Shown: positions 47,684 through 57,396, counted from the first letter of the stretch. The stretch: DNA of 64,000 bases from Planctomycetota bacterium (GCA_038060895.1 JBBTCT010000009.1:272082-336081); one strand, 5' to 3'. Numbers and translations: made by a program. Notes: generated by a model from the sequence alone, not told the origin.

Positions 47684-49795
47684 ATGGACCTGTCGCCAAT
47701 CCTGGGGAAGATCGAATCGGTTCGCGGCCGCGCGCGGCAGCTTGTGACGCTGGACGGCGCGTGCCGCGTGGCGCTCGTGGTGCTGGTCGCGGCGCTTTTC
47801 TCGTTCTGCATCGACTTTTTCATTCCGAAATTGCCGCTCGGCGTCCGCGCCACCGTCCTGATCGCCGGCCTCGCGGCGGCCGGGTTCGCGGCCTGGCGCT
47901 ACGTCGTCACGCCGCTCTCGGTCAAACTCTCGGATGACGACCTCGCGCTTTGCGTCGAGCAGCAGTTCCCCGACTTGCAGGACCGGCTGATCAGCGCGAT
48001 CCAGCTCAACCGGCAGCGCGGCGAATTCTCGCGCTTCAATTCGCCCGAACTCGTCGACGCCCTCGTGAAAGACGCCATGAACGAAGCGGCGCCCCTGGAC
48101 TTCTCGCCGGTGCTGCTCCCCGCGGGCCCGATGAAGATTGCAGCGGGGACGGCGGCGGCGGTTCTGGTAGCGGGAGCCTTGGCGATCTGGCAGTTCGATG
48201 CCGTGAAGACCTGGGCCGCGCGCCTCTTCAGCGATTCGGTTCAGTGGCCGAAGAAGACGCGGATCGTCGTGCTGGAGCCTTCGGGCAACCCCGTGACCGT
48301 GGCCAAGGGCGACGACCTGCGAGTCGAGGTCGAGACGCAGGGGTCCGTGCCCCGCAAGGCGCTGATTCACTATCGCTTCTCCGGCCAGGGTGAGCCGATC
48401 TCCCGGCCGATGCGCGCCGGTTCGAAGGGCAACTGGCTCTTCGATTTCTCGAAGGTCATCGAGCCGATGGAGTTCTGGATCGAGGCCGGCGACGACGAGA
48501 CGCTTCCCGTGACGGTGCAGGTGCTGAACCCGCCGACGGTCGAGCGGATCACGCTTCTCTATGACTACCCGGACTACACGCAGCTCAAGGACACGGACCC
48601 GTCGGCGCCGGTTGAGGACGGGAATATCGTGGCGCCGCCCGGGACGCACGTGACGGTGACGGCGCAGGCGAACCTCGACATTTCGAAGGCGAAGGCGGTG
48701 TTCGGGAGACGGGGCGAGGAAGACATGCGCGAGCTGGTGGTGAAGAACGACGCGCAGGGCCGGCCGCGGATGGTGGTGGCGGAGATCGACGTGCTGGCAA
48801 ACACGCAATACGCGATCTGGCTGCAGGCGACCAACGGGCTGCAGACGAATTCGCCGGTGCGGTACTCGATCAAGGCGATCGAGGACAGGCCGCCGGAAAT
48901 CAAGATCAGCGAGCCCAACCTCGACAAGTTCTGCACGGTGCAGGCCCGGATCCCGATCCGGTTTGCGACTTCGGACGACTTCGGCGTGATGAAGCTCGAA
49001 CTGATGATCAAGACCAACGACGCCAAGCGGCCCGAGCAGACCGTGGCCCTGGACGCGTTCAACACCGAGAGCTACCCGTCGAAGAAGATCGACACCGAGT
49101 ACTTCTTCGACATGACCGAGTTCGGCGCCAAGGAAGGCATGGTCATCCAGTACCAGATCGTCGCTCGCGACGGCCGCGAAATCCCGAAGGCGAACGAAAC
49201 GCGGTCGAGGCTCTTCCAGTTCACCGTGATCAAGCGCGACGACCTGCTGAAGAAGATGGAGGACCGCCTGGCTCGGATCCGCGAGGAACTGCAGCGCGTG
49301 ATCCAGTTCCAGGACGGCGGACGCGGGGAAGTGTCGCGCCTGATGGATGCGGTCGGTACGAAAGACATGCTCAGCGCGGTCGAGCGGCAGGCCGTCAACG
49401 GCGCCGCGGGGAACCAGCGCCGCATCACGCAGCACATGGAGCGCATCACGCACGAGTTCGACGAGATCGTCCGCGACATGCGCTACAACAAGCTCCTCGA
49501 GGGCGGCTCCGAAGCCCGCCTCAAGAAGCCCGGCGACCTGCTCCATGGCGTCACCGAGTACAAGTCGCCCGAAGTCGCGACGCTTCTCGGCTCCGCCGCC
49601 AGCGTCGGGCAGGCGAAAGATCGCATGAACAAATTGCAGGACACTTCCATTAAGCAGGAAGACATCCTCACCGACCTGACCACCGTCCTGGCTCTCCTGA
49701 CCGAGTACGAGACCTACCTGGAGGTTGTGCGCTACGTGCGCGAGCTGCTCCAGAAGGTCAAGGGGAACCTCGACGAAATGAGACGCACCAAGTAA
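47684..49795 (+). CDS. Membrane protein with Ig-like repeats and coiled coil (DUF4175-like)
   Basis: Three TM segments; VEQQFPDLQDRLISAIQL; YPDYT; DRPPEI; SDDFGV. Confidence 0.68.
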   Translation: MDLSPILGKIESVRGRARQLVTLDGACRVALVVLVAALFSFCIDFFIPKLPLGVRATVLIAGLAAAGFAAWRYVVTPLSVKLSDDDLALCVEQQFPDLQDRLISAIQLNRQRGEFSRFNSPELVDALVKDAMNEAAPLDFSPVLLPAGPMKIAAGTAAAVLVAGALAIWQFDAVKTWAARLFSDSVQWPKKTRIVVLEPSGNPVTVAKGDDLRVEVETQGSVPRKALIHYRFSGQGEPISRPMRAGSKGNWLFDFSKVIEPMEFWIEAGDDETLPVTVQVLNPPTVERITLLYDYPDYTQLKDTDPSAPVEDGNIVAPPGTHVTVTAQANLDISKAKAVFGRRGEEDMRELVVKNDAQGRPRMVVAEIDVLANTQYAIWLQATNGLQTNSPVRYSIKAIEDRPPEIKISEPNLDKFCTVQARIPIRFATSDDFGVMKLELMIKTNDAKRPEQTVALDAFNTESYPSKKIDTEYFFDMTEFGAKEGMVIQYQIVARDGREIPKANETRSRLFQFTVIKRDDLLKKMEDRLARIREELQRVIQFQDGGRGEVSRLMDAVGTKDMLSAVERQAVNGAAGNQRRITQHMERITHEFDEIVRDMRYNKLLEGGSEARLKKPGDLLHGVTEYKSPEVATLLGSAASVGQAKDRMNKLQDTSIKQEDILTDLTTVLALLTEYETYLEVVRYVRELLQKVKGNLDEMRRTK

Positions 49796-49823
49796 CGAAA
49801 CCGGGGGCCAGAAGGAGATCGCC

Positions 49824-52814
49824 ATGCGCAGATTCGCCGGACTCATCAGCACGGGGCTCGCCCTGTGCGTTCTCGTCACCGCGCATCTGTACGCGGACGA
49901 CCAGGGCGGGAACGCCAATCGCGTCGTGCTCGAACGCGAGAAGGAGATCGAGAAGCGAGTTAACGACCTGAAGGACAAGATGAAGCGCGTCGCCGATGGG
50001 CTCCAGGAGAAAGAACCCGAGGCGGCCGCGCGGCTCTACGCCGCTGGCCAGGCACTCCAGGGATCGCTTCTTGAGGAAGACATCAGGAAGGTCATCGCCA
50101 ACATCGCCGAGGCCAAGATGGGAACGGCGATCGAGCAGCAGGAAGAGATCGTGAGCGACCTCCAGGTGATTCTCGACATTCTCGAGAACCGGAACAACGA
50201 GGGCGACCTGAAGAAGAAGCTCGAGGCGATCCGGAAATTGATCGCCGAGCTGAAAGGAATCCAGAAGGAACAGAACGACACCACCAAGAAGACCGAAGAG
50301 ATGAACAAAGAGCGGGAGCAGGACACCGCCGAGATGAAGGAGAAGCTCGACGCCGCGATCAAGGAACAGCAGGCGCTCGAGGACACGCTCAAACAAAATG
50401 ACACAGCCGGGATGGAAAAGGACATCGAGGCGGCGAAGAAGGAGCTCGAAGCGCTCAAGGCCGAGCAGGACAAGCTTCAGAACGAGACGAAGGACGCGCA
50501 GTCGAAGGAAGTGCGCGACCTGGCCGACGCGGTCAAGGGCCTGAAGGACGTCATCAAGAAACAGGAAGACGCGATTGCGAAGGCGAAGGCGTCCGCCGAA
50601 GGCGCGCAGACGACGAAGGAAGCGATCGAAGCCATCGAGAAGATCCAGAAAGAACAGGAAGCGATCCAGAAGCGCACGAAGGAAGCCGCCGACGAGGATT
50701 CAGCGCAGAAGATGGGTTCGATCCAGAAAGCGCAGGAGAAGAACTCGAAGGACACGGCGCGCGCCGGCGAGAAGCTGGACGGCATGCCGGAGACAAAGGG
50801 TTCGAACGAGGCGAAGAAGGCGCTCTCCGACGCGAAGAAGGCGATGGACCGGGCTGCCAAGGACCTCGAGGACGAGACGCCCGGCCTCGCGCAGCAGAAC
50901 GAGCAGAAGGCCTCCGACGCGCTCGAGAAGGCGAAGCAGGCCCTGAAGGACGAGATGGCCAATGCCGAGAAGAATCGCGAGCAGGATCTGGCCGACCAGG
51001 CCAAGGCGCAGGGCGATCTGAAGGAAGCGACGCAGAAGCTCGCCGACCAGATGTCCAAGGTCGGTGAGGAATCGGCCAGCAAGCCCACCAAGGACGCCCT
51101 CAAGGAAGCCGGCGAGAAGACCAAGGGTGCTTCCGGCGACATGAAGAAGGCCGAGCAGGAACTGGGCCAGAAGAACCCGTCGGGCGCCAAGTCGAACCAG
51201 GACCAGGCGCTCAGTTCGCTCAACCAGGCGAAGGAGAAGCTGGAGCAGCTCGAGGCCCAGCTTGCGCAGAAGGACGCCAAGGCGATGAGCGAGGTCGCCA
51301 AAAAGCAGCAGAACCTGCAGGACAAGGCGAACGAGCTGGCCAAGCAGCTGCACGAGATGGGGCAGAAGTCCGGCGAGAACGGCGACATGAAGAAGGCCGC
51401 GGACCAGGCTTCCAAGTCGACCAAGAGCGCCAGCCAGGAGATGGGCGACGCTTCCCAGAAGATGAGCGACGGCAAGTCGTCCGAGTCGCAGGACAACCAG
51501 CAGCAGGCGAGCAAAGATCTGCAGAAGGCCGCCGACGCGCTGGACAAGATGAAGAAGGCGCTGGCCGCTTCGAAGGAAGGCCAGGAAAAGAAGGCGAAGG
51601 AAGTCGCCGACAAGCAGGCTGAGCTCGAGAAGAAGATGAAGGACCTGGCCGAGAAGATGGAAGAAGTGGCCAAGAAGAACGCAGACAAGGATCCGCAGGG
51701 CGCCGCTTCGATGAGCAAAGCCGGCCAGAAGACCGACCAGGCTTCCGGCGAGATGAAGAAGGCCGGGAAGCAGATGGAGCAGAAGGACAACGAGAGCGCG
51801 CAGGCGAACCAGGCGCAGGCCAAGAAGGCGCTGGAAGAAGCCAAGAAGGAGCTGGAGAAGCTGAGCCAGCGCGAGTTGACGGAGGAGCAGAAGCGCCGGC
51901 TCGAGCAGTTGAAGGAACGTCAGCGGAAGATCGAAGAGCAGCTGAAAAAGATGCAGGAGAATGCTGCGAAGGTGCCGGAGAAGAAGTCGGCGGCGTCGCT
52001 CGGAGAGGCGTCGAAGTCGGCCGGGCAGACGGGGCAGAGCCAGCAGAAGCAGGATACGCAGAAGTCGCAGGAGGACAGCGAGAAGACGGAAGAAGACATG
52101 CAGAAGGCGCTGGAGGACCTGGAAGAAGCGGAGCGGCAGTACGCGCAGCAGCTGCAGGAAGAGCAGCTCCAGCAGATGGAGAACAAGCTGAGGGAGCTGG
52201 TGGAGAAGCAGCAGCGCATCAACGATGAAACGCGCCGGCTGGATGCGATCAAGGTGAAGGAGGGCGATCTCGACCGCAAAGGCCAGATGGATGTGCGCAA
52301 GATCAAGAACGAGCAGGAAGAGCTGAAGAAGCAGTCGGAGGAAGTCCGGGCCAAGACCGAGGAGGAGAAGTCGACTGTCGCGGAGTGGATCCTCGAGACG
52401 TGCCGTGACGACATGGGGGCCATCGCCGAGGAGCTCGGGAAGCAGGAAGTCGGCGAGTACACGCAGGAACTGCAGCTGGACGTGCTCACGCGGCTGAAGG
52501 AGCTCGTGCAGGCGCTCGAGAAGGAGCGCCAGCGCCGCAAGAAGAAGCAGCAGCAGCAGGGCGGAGGCGGCGGTGGCGGCGGGCCGCTGATCCCGGACGT
52601 GGCCGAGCTCAAGCTCCTGAAGACCATGCAGGTTTCGCTCAAGAAGAAGACGGAGCGCTTCTCGGCCGAATCGACGAAGGAAGCGCACAAGGAGCTGGAT
52701 CCCGTGCAGAAGGCCATTCTTGCCCGGCTCCGTGCGGAGCAGGGGCATATCGCTGAGCTCACCCGTGAATTCACGGACAAAATCAAAGAGAAAATGCAGG
52801 GAGGCGGGAAATAA
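49824..52814 (+). CDS. Exported very long coiled-coil protein (K/E/Q/A-rich repeats)
   Basis: Signal peptide ending LYA; about 900 aa of helical repeats (ASxxMxxAxxxL); QQQQGGGGGGGGPLIPDVAELKLLK near the C-terminus. Confidence 0.8.
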   Translation: MRRFAGLISTGLALCVLVTAHLYADDQGGNANRVVLEREKEIEKRVNDLKDKMKRVADGLQEKEPEAAARLYAAGQALQGSLLEEDIRKVIANIAEAKMGTAIEQQEEIVSDLQVILDILENRNNEGDLKKKLEAIRKLIAELKGIQKEQNDTTKKTEEMNKEREQDTAEMKEKLDAAIKEQQALEDTLKQNDTAGMEKDIEAAKKELEALKAEQDKLQNETKDAQSKEVRDLADAVKGLKDVIKKQEDAIAKAKASAEGAQTTKEAIEAIEKIQKEQEAIQKRTKEAADEDSAQKMGSIQKAQEKNSKDTARAGEKLDGMPETKGSNEAKKALSDAKKAMDRAAKDLEDETPGLAQQNEQKASDALEKAKQALKDEMANAEKNREQDLADQAKAQGDLKEATQKLADQMSKVGEESASKPTKDALKEAGEKTKGASGDMKKAEQELGQKNPSGAKSNQDQALSSLNQAKEKLEQLEAQLAQKDAKAMSEVAKKQQNLQDKANELAKQLHEMGQKSGENGDMKKAADQASKSTKSASQEMGDASQKMSDGKSSESQDNQQQASKDLQKAADALDKMKKALAASKEGQEKKAKEVADKQAELEKKMKDLAEKMEEVAKKNADKDPQGAASMSKAGQKTDQASGEMKKAGKQMEQKDNESAQANQAQAKKALEEAKKELEKLSQRELTEEQKRRLEQLKERQRKIEEQLKKMQENAAKVPEKKSAASLGEASKSAGQTGQSQQKQDTQKSQEDSEKTEEDMQKALEDLEEAERQYAQQLQEEQLQQMENKLRELVEKQQRINDETRRLDAIKVKEGDLDRKGQMDVRKIKNEQEELKKQSEEVRAKTEEEKSTVAEWILETCRDDMGAIAEELGKQEVGEYTQELQLDVLTRLKELVQALEKERQRRKKKQQQQGGGGGGGGPLIPDVAELKLLKTMQVSLKKKTERFSAESTKEAHKELDPVQKAILARLRAEQGHIAELTREFTDKIKEKMQGGGK

Positions 52815-52816
52815 CC

Positions 52817-53530
52817 ATGAACATCATCACGAACGTGCTGCGTTTCGCGACGGCCGGCGCCCTGGCGGCGGCCCTGATGGTCCCGGCGTGGGCGGACGAC
52901 GAGGAATTCCCGGACGGTCCCGCGGCGGAAGGCGAAGAGGCTCTTCCGGGCTCGGACGAGGAGGAGATGGAGGAGGCGGAGATCGACCCGCTGAAGACGC
53001 TCGACGAGATCATCTCGAAGATGAAGGACGCGGAGTCTTCCCTGGCCCAGGCGGGATCGTGGAAGGCGACCGACAAGCAGGGAAACGTCATCGAGGAGAT
53101 CGAGAAGCTGGTGAATGCAAAGGATCTGCAGGACAAGGCGATCCGCGAGATGGAGAAGATTTTCACCGGGTCGAAGGAAGGGCAGGGCCAGGCGGTCGAG
53201 GGGCTGGAGAAACTGATCAAGGCGGCGAAGGAGCAGGAGGGGCAGGGCGAGGGGAAAGAGCAGCAGAAGAAGAAAGAGCAGCAGCAGAAGCAGCCCGGGC
53301 AGCAGAAGCCGAACAAGCCGTCGAACCCGGCGCAGCAGCCCTACAATCCTTCCGGCAATCCGGAGACTGGCGCCCGCGAGCGGACAGGCGAATTGACCGA
53401 ACGGTGGGGAAGCCTTCCTGATAGACTGAGAGACGAAATCAGCCAGGCCGACGACGAGTTCAGGAGCACGAAAGGGACGTATCGCGAGAAGCTGATGGAG
53501 TACAGCCGGCTCCTCGGGGCGTCCGAATAA
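52817..53530 (+). CDS. Exported acidic helical protein (Cys-free paralog A)
   Basis: Signal peptide ending AWA; Q/K-rich linker; C-terminal WGSLPDRLRDE...YREKLMEY. Confidence 0.8.
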   Translation: MNIITNVLRFATAGALAAALMVPAWADDEEFPDGPAAEGEEALPGSDEEEMEEAEIDPLKTLDEIISKMKDAESSLAQAGSWKATDKQGNVIEEIEKLVNAKDLQDKAIREMEKIFTGSKEGQGQAVEGLEKLIKAAKEQEGQGEGKEQQKKKEQQQKQPGQQKPNKPSNPAQQPYNPSGNPETGARERTGELTERWGSLPDRLRDEISQADDEFRSTKGTYREKLMEYSRLLGASE

Positions 53531-53588
53531 TAGAGTGAACGAGGTGCACCCGTCGGGCGTCTAACCAGCAGGAATCGGAGGAACGACC

Positions 53589-54290
53589 ATGAGATGGAAC
53601 CTGGTGCTGAGCGGAGTCCTTTCGCTGGGATTGTCGTTCCCGGCCTTTGCGGACCCCGGAGAGGAATTCCCGGAGGGGCCGAAGGGTGAAGAAGAGGCGC
53701 TGCCGGGAAGTGACGAAGAGGAGATGGAAGAGGAACAAATCGATGTGCTGGGCACGCTGGAGACGATCGTCGGCGATATGAAGGATGCTGAAAAGAGCCT
53801 CGCCGACATCAACGGCTGGAAGGCGACGGATGCGCAGGGCAACGCGATCGACGACGTGAAGCGACTGATCGACGCCCAGGACCTGCAGAAGAAGGCGATC
53901 GACGACATGTCCCGTATCTTCGAAGGCGGCAAGAACGAGCAGGAAGCCGCTGTCCAGGGCCTCGAAAAGCTGATCAAGGCCGCGAAGGAAGGCGACTGAG
54001 GGGGCAGCTGCTCCGACAAGAAAACCTCCCAGGCTGGGAGCAAGCAGAAGACGCCGAAGAATGCGAATCCCAAGACTGCCAGCAATCCTGCGACCGCGCC
54101 CTACAACCCGAGCGGATCGCACGACGACACGCCGCTGGTCGACCGCACTTCAGAACTCAAGGATCGCTGGGGAAACCTGCCCGATCGCCTCCGCGACGAG
54201 CTCAGCCAGGCCGACGATGACTTCCGCAACGTCAAGGGCGACTACCGCGAGAAGCTTCTCGAGTACTCGAAGATGTTGAGCCAGGAGTAG
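53589..54290 (+). CDS. Paralog B of the preceding gene with an in-frame TGA at codon 137 (putative selenoprotein, 233 aa)
   Basis: After AAKEGD-TGA the frame continues GGSCSDKK...PYNPSG...WGNLPDRLRDELSQADDDFRNVKGDYREKLLEYSKMLSQE-TAG, collinear with paralog A. Confidence 0.72.
54026..54040 (+). promoter_or_regulatory. Candidate SECIS hairpin
   Basis: CUCCC-AGGCU-GGGAG at +27..+41 after the UGA; no equivalent in paralog A. Confidence 0.5.
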
Positions 54291-54311
54291 CAGACCCAGA
54301 AGGCCAGCGCC

Positions 54312-54348
54312 GCCCGCGCGGATCCTTCGGGACTGCGCGGGCTTTTTT
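54312..54348 (+). terminator. Intrinsic terminator
   Basis: GCCCGCGCGG...TTCG...CTGCGCGGGC followed by T6, 21 nt after TAG 54290. Confidence 0.85.
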
Positions 54349-54374
54349 GCAGGCCGCATTTAAGGAACGCAACA

Positions 54375-55454
54375 GTGTCCCTCTTCGATCGCCGCAGCTT
54401 CCTCACCCGCTCCCTTGGACTCGCCGCCCTGCCGTTCGCGGGGGCCGCTTCACGCGCCCTCGGCGAAGACAAGCCGGCCGAGCCGCCGCCGGTTGAGCGC
54501 AAGAACCTGATCACCGAAGGGCAGATTGCGGCGACGCGGAAGGGGCTGGAGTACCTGCGGAAGGTGCAGGACAGCAAGAAGGGCTCGTGGGGAGGAAGCG
54601 TGCAGGTCGCGGTGACGTCGCTGGCCGGGTGTGCGTTTCTGGCGGAGGGGCACCAACCGGGGCGCGGCAAGTACGGCGAATGTGTGCAGAAGGCGATCAA
54701 TTACATCCTGAACTGCAGCAAGAGTTCGCGTAAGGGATACATCTCGGAGCCGGCGGGGGACCAGTCGCGGATGCACGGCCATGGGTTCGCGTCGATGTTC
54801 CTGGGTGAGGCTTACGGGATGATGAAGATGGACGACGACACCCGGACGAAGATGGAGAGCGCGATCAAGAAGGCGGTCGGGATCATCGCCTACTCTCAGA
54901 CGCAACTCGGCGGATGGGGATATGTGCCGGAGCCGACCTACGACGAGGGCTCGGTCACGGTGGCGGAAGTCATGGCGCTCCGCTCCTGCCGCAATGCCGG
55001 CTTCCAGGTCGACAAGAAAGTGATCGAGAAGGGCATCGGGTACCTCAAGAAGTCGGCCAACCCGGACGGTTCGTTCAAGTACTCCCTTCAGGGAGGAGGC
55101 GGTGGCGGCACGTTCCCGCTCACGGCGGGCGCCGTGGCCTCGATGCAGCTCTTCGGCGAATACGAAGCCAAGGAAGTCAAGAAGGGGCTGGAGTTCCTGA
55201 AGAAGAACCGGCAGAACCAGGTCGGCGGGAACTGGGGCCACAAGTTCTACGGCAACCTGTACTCGACGATGGCGGCGTACTACGCGGGAGGGCAGTTCTG
55301 GGAGGACTGGTTCCCGACGATGCGGGACGAGTACATCAAGACGCAGCAGGGGGACGGCTCCTGGCAGGGAGAATACGACGGCACGTACTGCACCGCGTTC
55401 GCGGTCCTGACGCTGGCCGTTCCTTACCAGTACCTCCCAATTTTTCAGGCTTGA
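54375..55454 (+). CDS. Tat-exported prenyltransferase/squalene-oxidase-repeat protein
   Basis: Twin-arginine DRRSFL; QDSKKGSW, MHGHGFA, GGWGY, NPDGSFKY, QQGDGSW, LPIFQ. Confidence 0.82.
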   Translation: MSLFDRRSFLTRSLGLAALPFAGAASRALGEDKPAEPPPVERKNLITEGQIAATRKGLEYLRKVQDSKKGSWGGSVQVAVTSLAGCAFLAEGHQPGRGKYGECVQKAINYILNCSKSSRKGYISEPAGDQSRMHGHGFASMFLGEAYGMMKMDDDTRTKMESAIKKAVGIIAYSQTQLGGWGYVPEPTYDEGSVTVAEVMALRSCRNAGFQVDKKVIEKGIGYLKKSANPDGSFKYSLQGGGGGGTFPLTAGAVASMQLFGEYEAKEVKKGLEFLKKNRQNQVGGNWGHKFYGNLYSTMAAYYAGGQFWEDWFPTMRDEYIKTQQGDGSWQGEYDGTYCTAFAVLTLAVPYQYLPIFQA

Positions 55455-55475
55455 GAAAAGCCTGGAGACCCATCG

Positions 55476-56717
55476 ATGCTTCCAGCCCGGAGCCTTCTGC
55501 TGTTGTTCCTGGGCGCCTCCTTTGTTTGCGCCGATCCACCGGACCCCGCGAAGGCTCCTTACCCGGCGCGGCGCGAGAGGCTGCAGAAGCACCTGGGAAA
55601 AGGGCTGGCACTTGTGCCGGCGGCTCCCGCCGCGGAGCACTTCCGCCAGGACAATGACTTCTGGTACCTGACCGGGCTTGACTGGCCCGACGCTGTCCTT
55701 GCCATGACCAGGGAGGGGGCGTGGCTCTTCGAAGGAGACGGCACGCGGGCGGCACCGGAAGGCTTCGCGGAAGTCACCCCTGTCAGTCAGCTGAAACTCG
55801 CTGCGGGACGGTACTTCACGGAGGGGCTCTGGATGCCGGGAGGCCGCTACGAGTTCTACTCGACGTTCAACTCGCCGGGCGAGAAGCGGGAGTTCGGCGA
55901 TCCTTTTGGCCAGTCGGAATGGCGCGAGGGCTGGGTGCGGAAGATGAAAGAGAAGCTGGACTATCCGGACGTGCAGGGGCTGGAGTCGCGGCTGGCGCGA
56001 ATGCGGCTGGTGAAAGACGACGTGGAACTGGGGCTCCTGCGACAGGCGCTCAAGATCACGGGGGATTCCCTGATAGCGGCGATGGCGAAGGCGACTCCCG
56101 GGATGAAGGAACGGGAATTCCAGGTGTTGCTGGAGCAGGGATACCTGGACGGGGGAGCGGAGTGGCTTGCGTTTCCGTCCATTGTCGGAAGCGGAATGAA
56201 CGGGACCATGGTGCACTACACGGAAAACGGGGAGCAGCTGGACCGGAACGAGCTGGTCGTGGTGGACACGGGGGCGGAGTTCGGCATGTATGCCGCCGAT
56301 GTGACGCGGACATTTCCTGCTTCCGGCAAATTTACGAAGCGGCAGCGTGAGGTCTACGAAGCGGTGCTGGCCGCGCAAAAGGCGGGGATTGCGGCGATCA
56401 AACCAGGCACGACACTCTTGCAAGTGGACGCCGTGGCCCGCCGGACACTGGACGATCTCGGGTTTGCCGGAAAGATGCCGCATTTGACGGGGCACTGGGT
56501 GGGGATGCAGGTCCATGACGTCGGGAGTTACGCGACGCGGCTGGAGCCGGGAATGGTCGTCACCGTCGAACCGGGCGTGTACCTCGCGGACGAAGGAATC
56601 GGCGTCCGGATCGAGGACGTGTTCGTGGTGACGAAGGACGGCGCGGAGAATCTCTCGGCGTGGATCCCGAAGTCCATCGACGAAATTGAAAAACTCGCGG
56701 GCTCAGCCGTAAAGTGA
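55476..56717 (+). CDS. Xaa-Pro aminopeptidase (M24B)
   Basis: FRQDNDFWYLTG, VDTGAEFGMYAADVTRT, GHWVGMQVHD, TVEPGVY, GVRIED; signal-like N-terminus. Confidence 0.92.
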   Translation: MLPARSLLLLFLGASFVCADPPDPAKAPYPARRERLQKHLGKGLALVPAAPAAEHFRQDNDFWYLTGLDWPDAVLAMTREGAWLFEGDGTRAAPEGFAEVTPVSQLKLAAGRYFTEGLWMPGGRYEFYSTFNSPGEKREFGDPFGQSEWREGWVRKMKEKLDYPDVQGLESRLARMRLVKDDVELGLLRQALKITGDSLIAAMAKATPGMKEREFQVLLEQGYLDGGAEWLAFPSIVGSGMNGTMVHYTENGEQLDRNELVVVDTGAEFGMYAADVTRTFPASGKFTKRQREVYEAVLAAQKAGIAAIKPGTTLLQVDAVARRTLDDLGFAGKMPHLTGHWVGMQVHDVGSYATRLEPGMVVTVEPGVYLADEGIGVRIEDVFVVTKDGAENLSAWIPKSIDEIEKLAGSAVK

Positions 56718-57343
56718 AGATGTCGCGGTGGAGAGTCGGGGCGTTTTTCGCCGCCTGCGCGATGACGGCGCTCGCTCTTCCCGCGGACGCGGCAGTGTCG
56801 CAATGGTTCGAGGCTCACCGTCAGGGCGGGCTGAATGCGGCCGTCCTGGGCACGACCAACGCGTGGACGCTGGGCGCGTTCGTCTGGATCACCTGTGCCG
56901 GGCTGGCGTTCGTGAAGAAATGGCAGCAGTCGCTGATCGTGGGCGCGACGACCGGCGCCTCCCTCGCCATCGGATCGCTCGTGAAAATCGTCGTCAACCG
57001 GGATCGCCCCTACAAGTCGCTCGAGGATTTCGTCGCGCTGACCGTCGCCCACGACGCGTCGTTTCCGAGCAACCACACCAACGGCGCATTCGCAGCAGCC
57101 ATCGTCCTGTCCGCTTTCCTGCCCCGCCTGCGCCCCGCGTTCTACCTGTTCGCAGCCGGGGTCGCGCTCACGCGACTCTATGTCGGCGTCCACTTCTTCT
57201 CCGACGTCTGCGGAGGTATCGCTCTCGCCCTGCTGTCTTCGTCCGTGGCGCTGGGGATTGCAGAAGCGAAGGGGCTGTTGCCCGCGAAGGCGGGGGAGTT
57301 GAAGGAGGAAGTCGGCACGGAAGCGGCGCCGGAGTCGGAATAG
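56714..57343 (+). CDS. PAP2-family membrane phosphatase
   Basis: KIVVNRDRP, SFPSNH, TRLYVGVHF. Confidence 0.85.
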   Translation: MKMSRWRVGAFFAACAMTALALPADAAVSQWFEAHRQGGLNAAVLGTTNAWTLGAFVWITCAGLAFVKKWQQSLIVGATTGASLAIGSLVKIVVNRDRPYKSLEDFVALTVAHDASFPSNHTNGAFAAAIVLSAFLPRLRPAFYLFAAGVALTRLYVGVHFFSDVCGGIALALLSSSVALGIAEAKGLLPAKAGELKEEVGTEAAPESE

Positions 57344-57396
57344 CCCGCAGGGTCCTGATCGCGCCCCTGAGTTCCTTCCAGTATCATCCGGACCCC

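Noticed and set aside
50700-52748. Long antisense ORFs (682 aa here; also 47528..49978, 29032..31020, 54450..56516 and others)
   Set aside because: They are shadow frames of high-GC genes with strong codon bias, give Leu/Arg-rich nonsense translations, and fully overlap well-supported genes.
54061-54279. 72-aa ORF listed after the truncated paralog
   Set aside because: It is in the wrong frame; the homologous coding frame is the read-through frame ending at TAG 54290.
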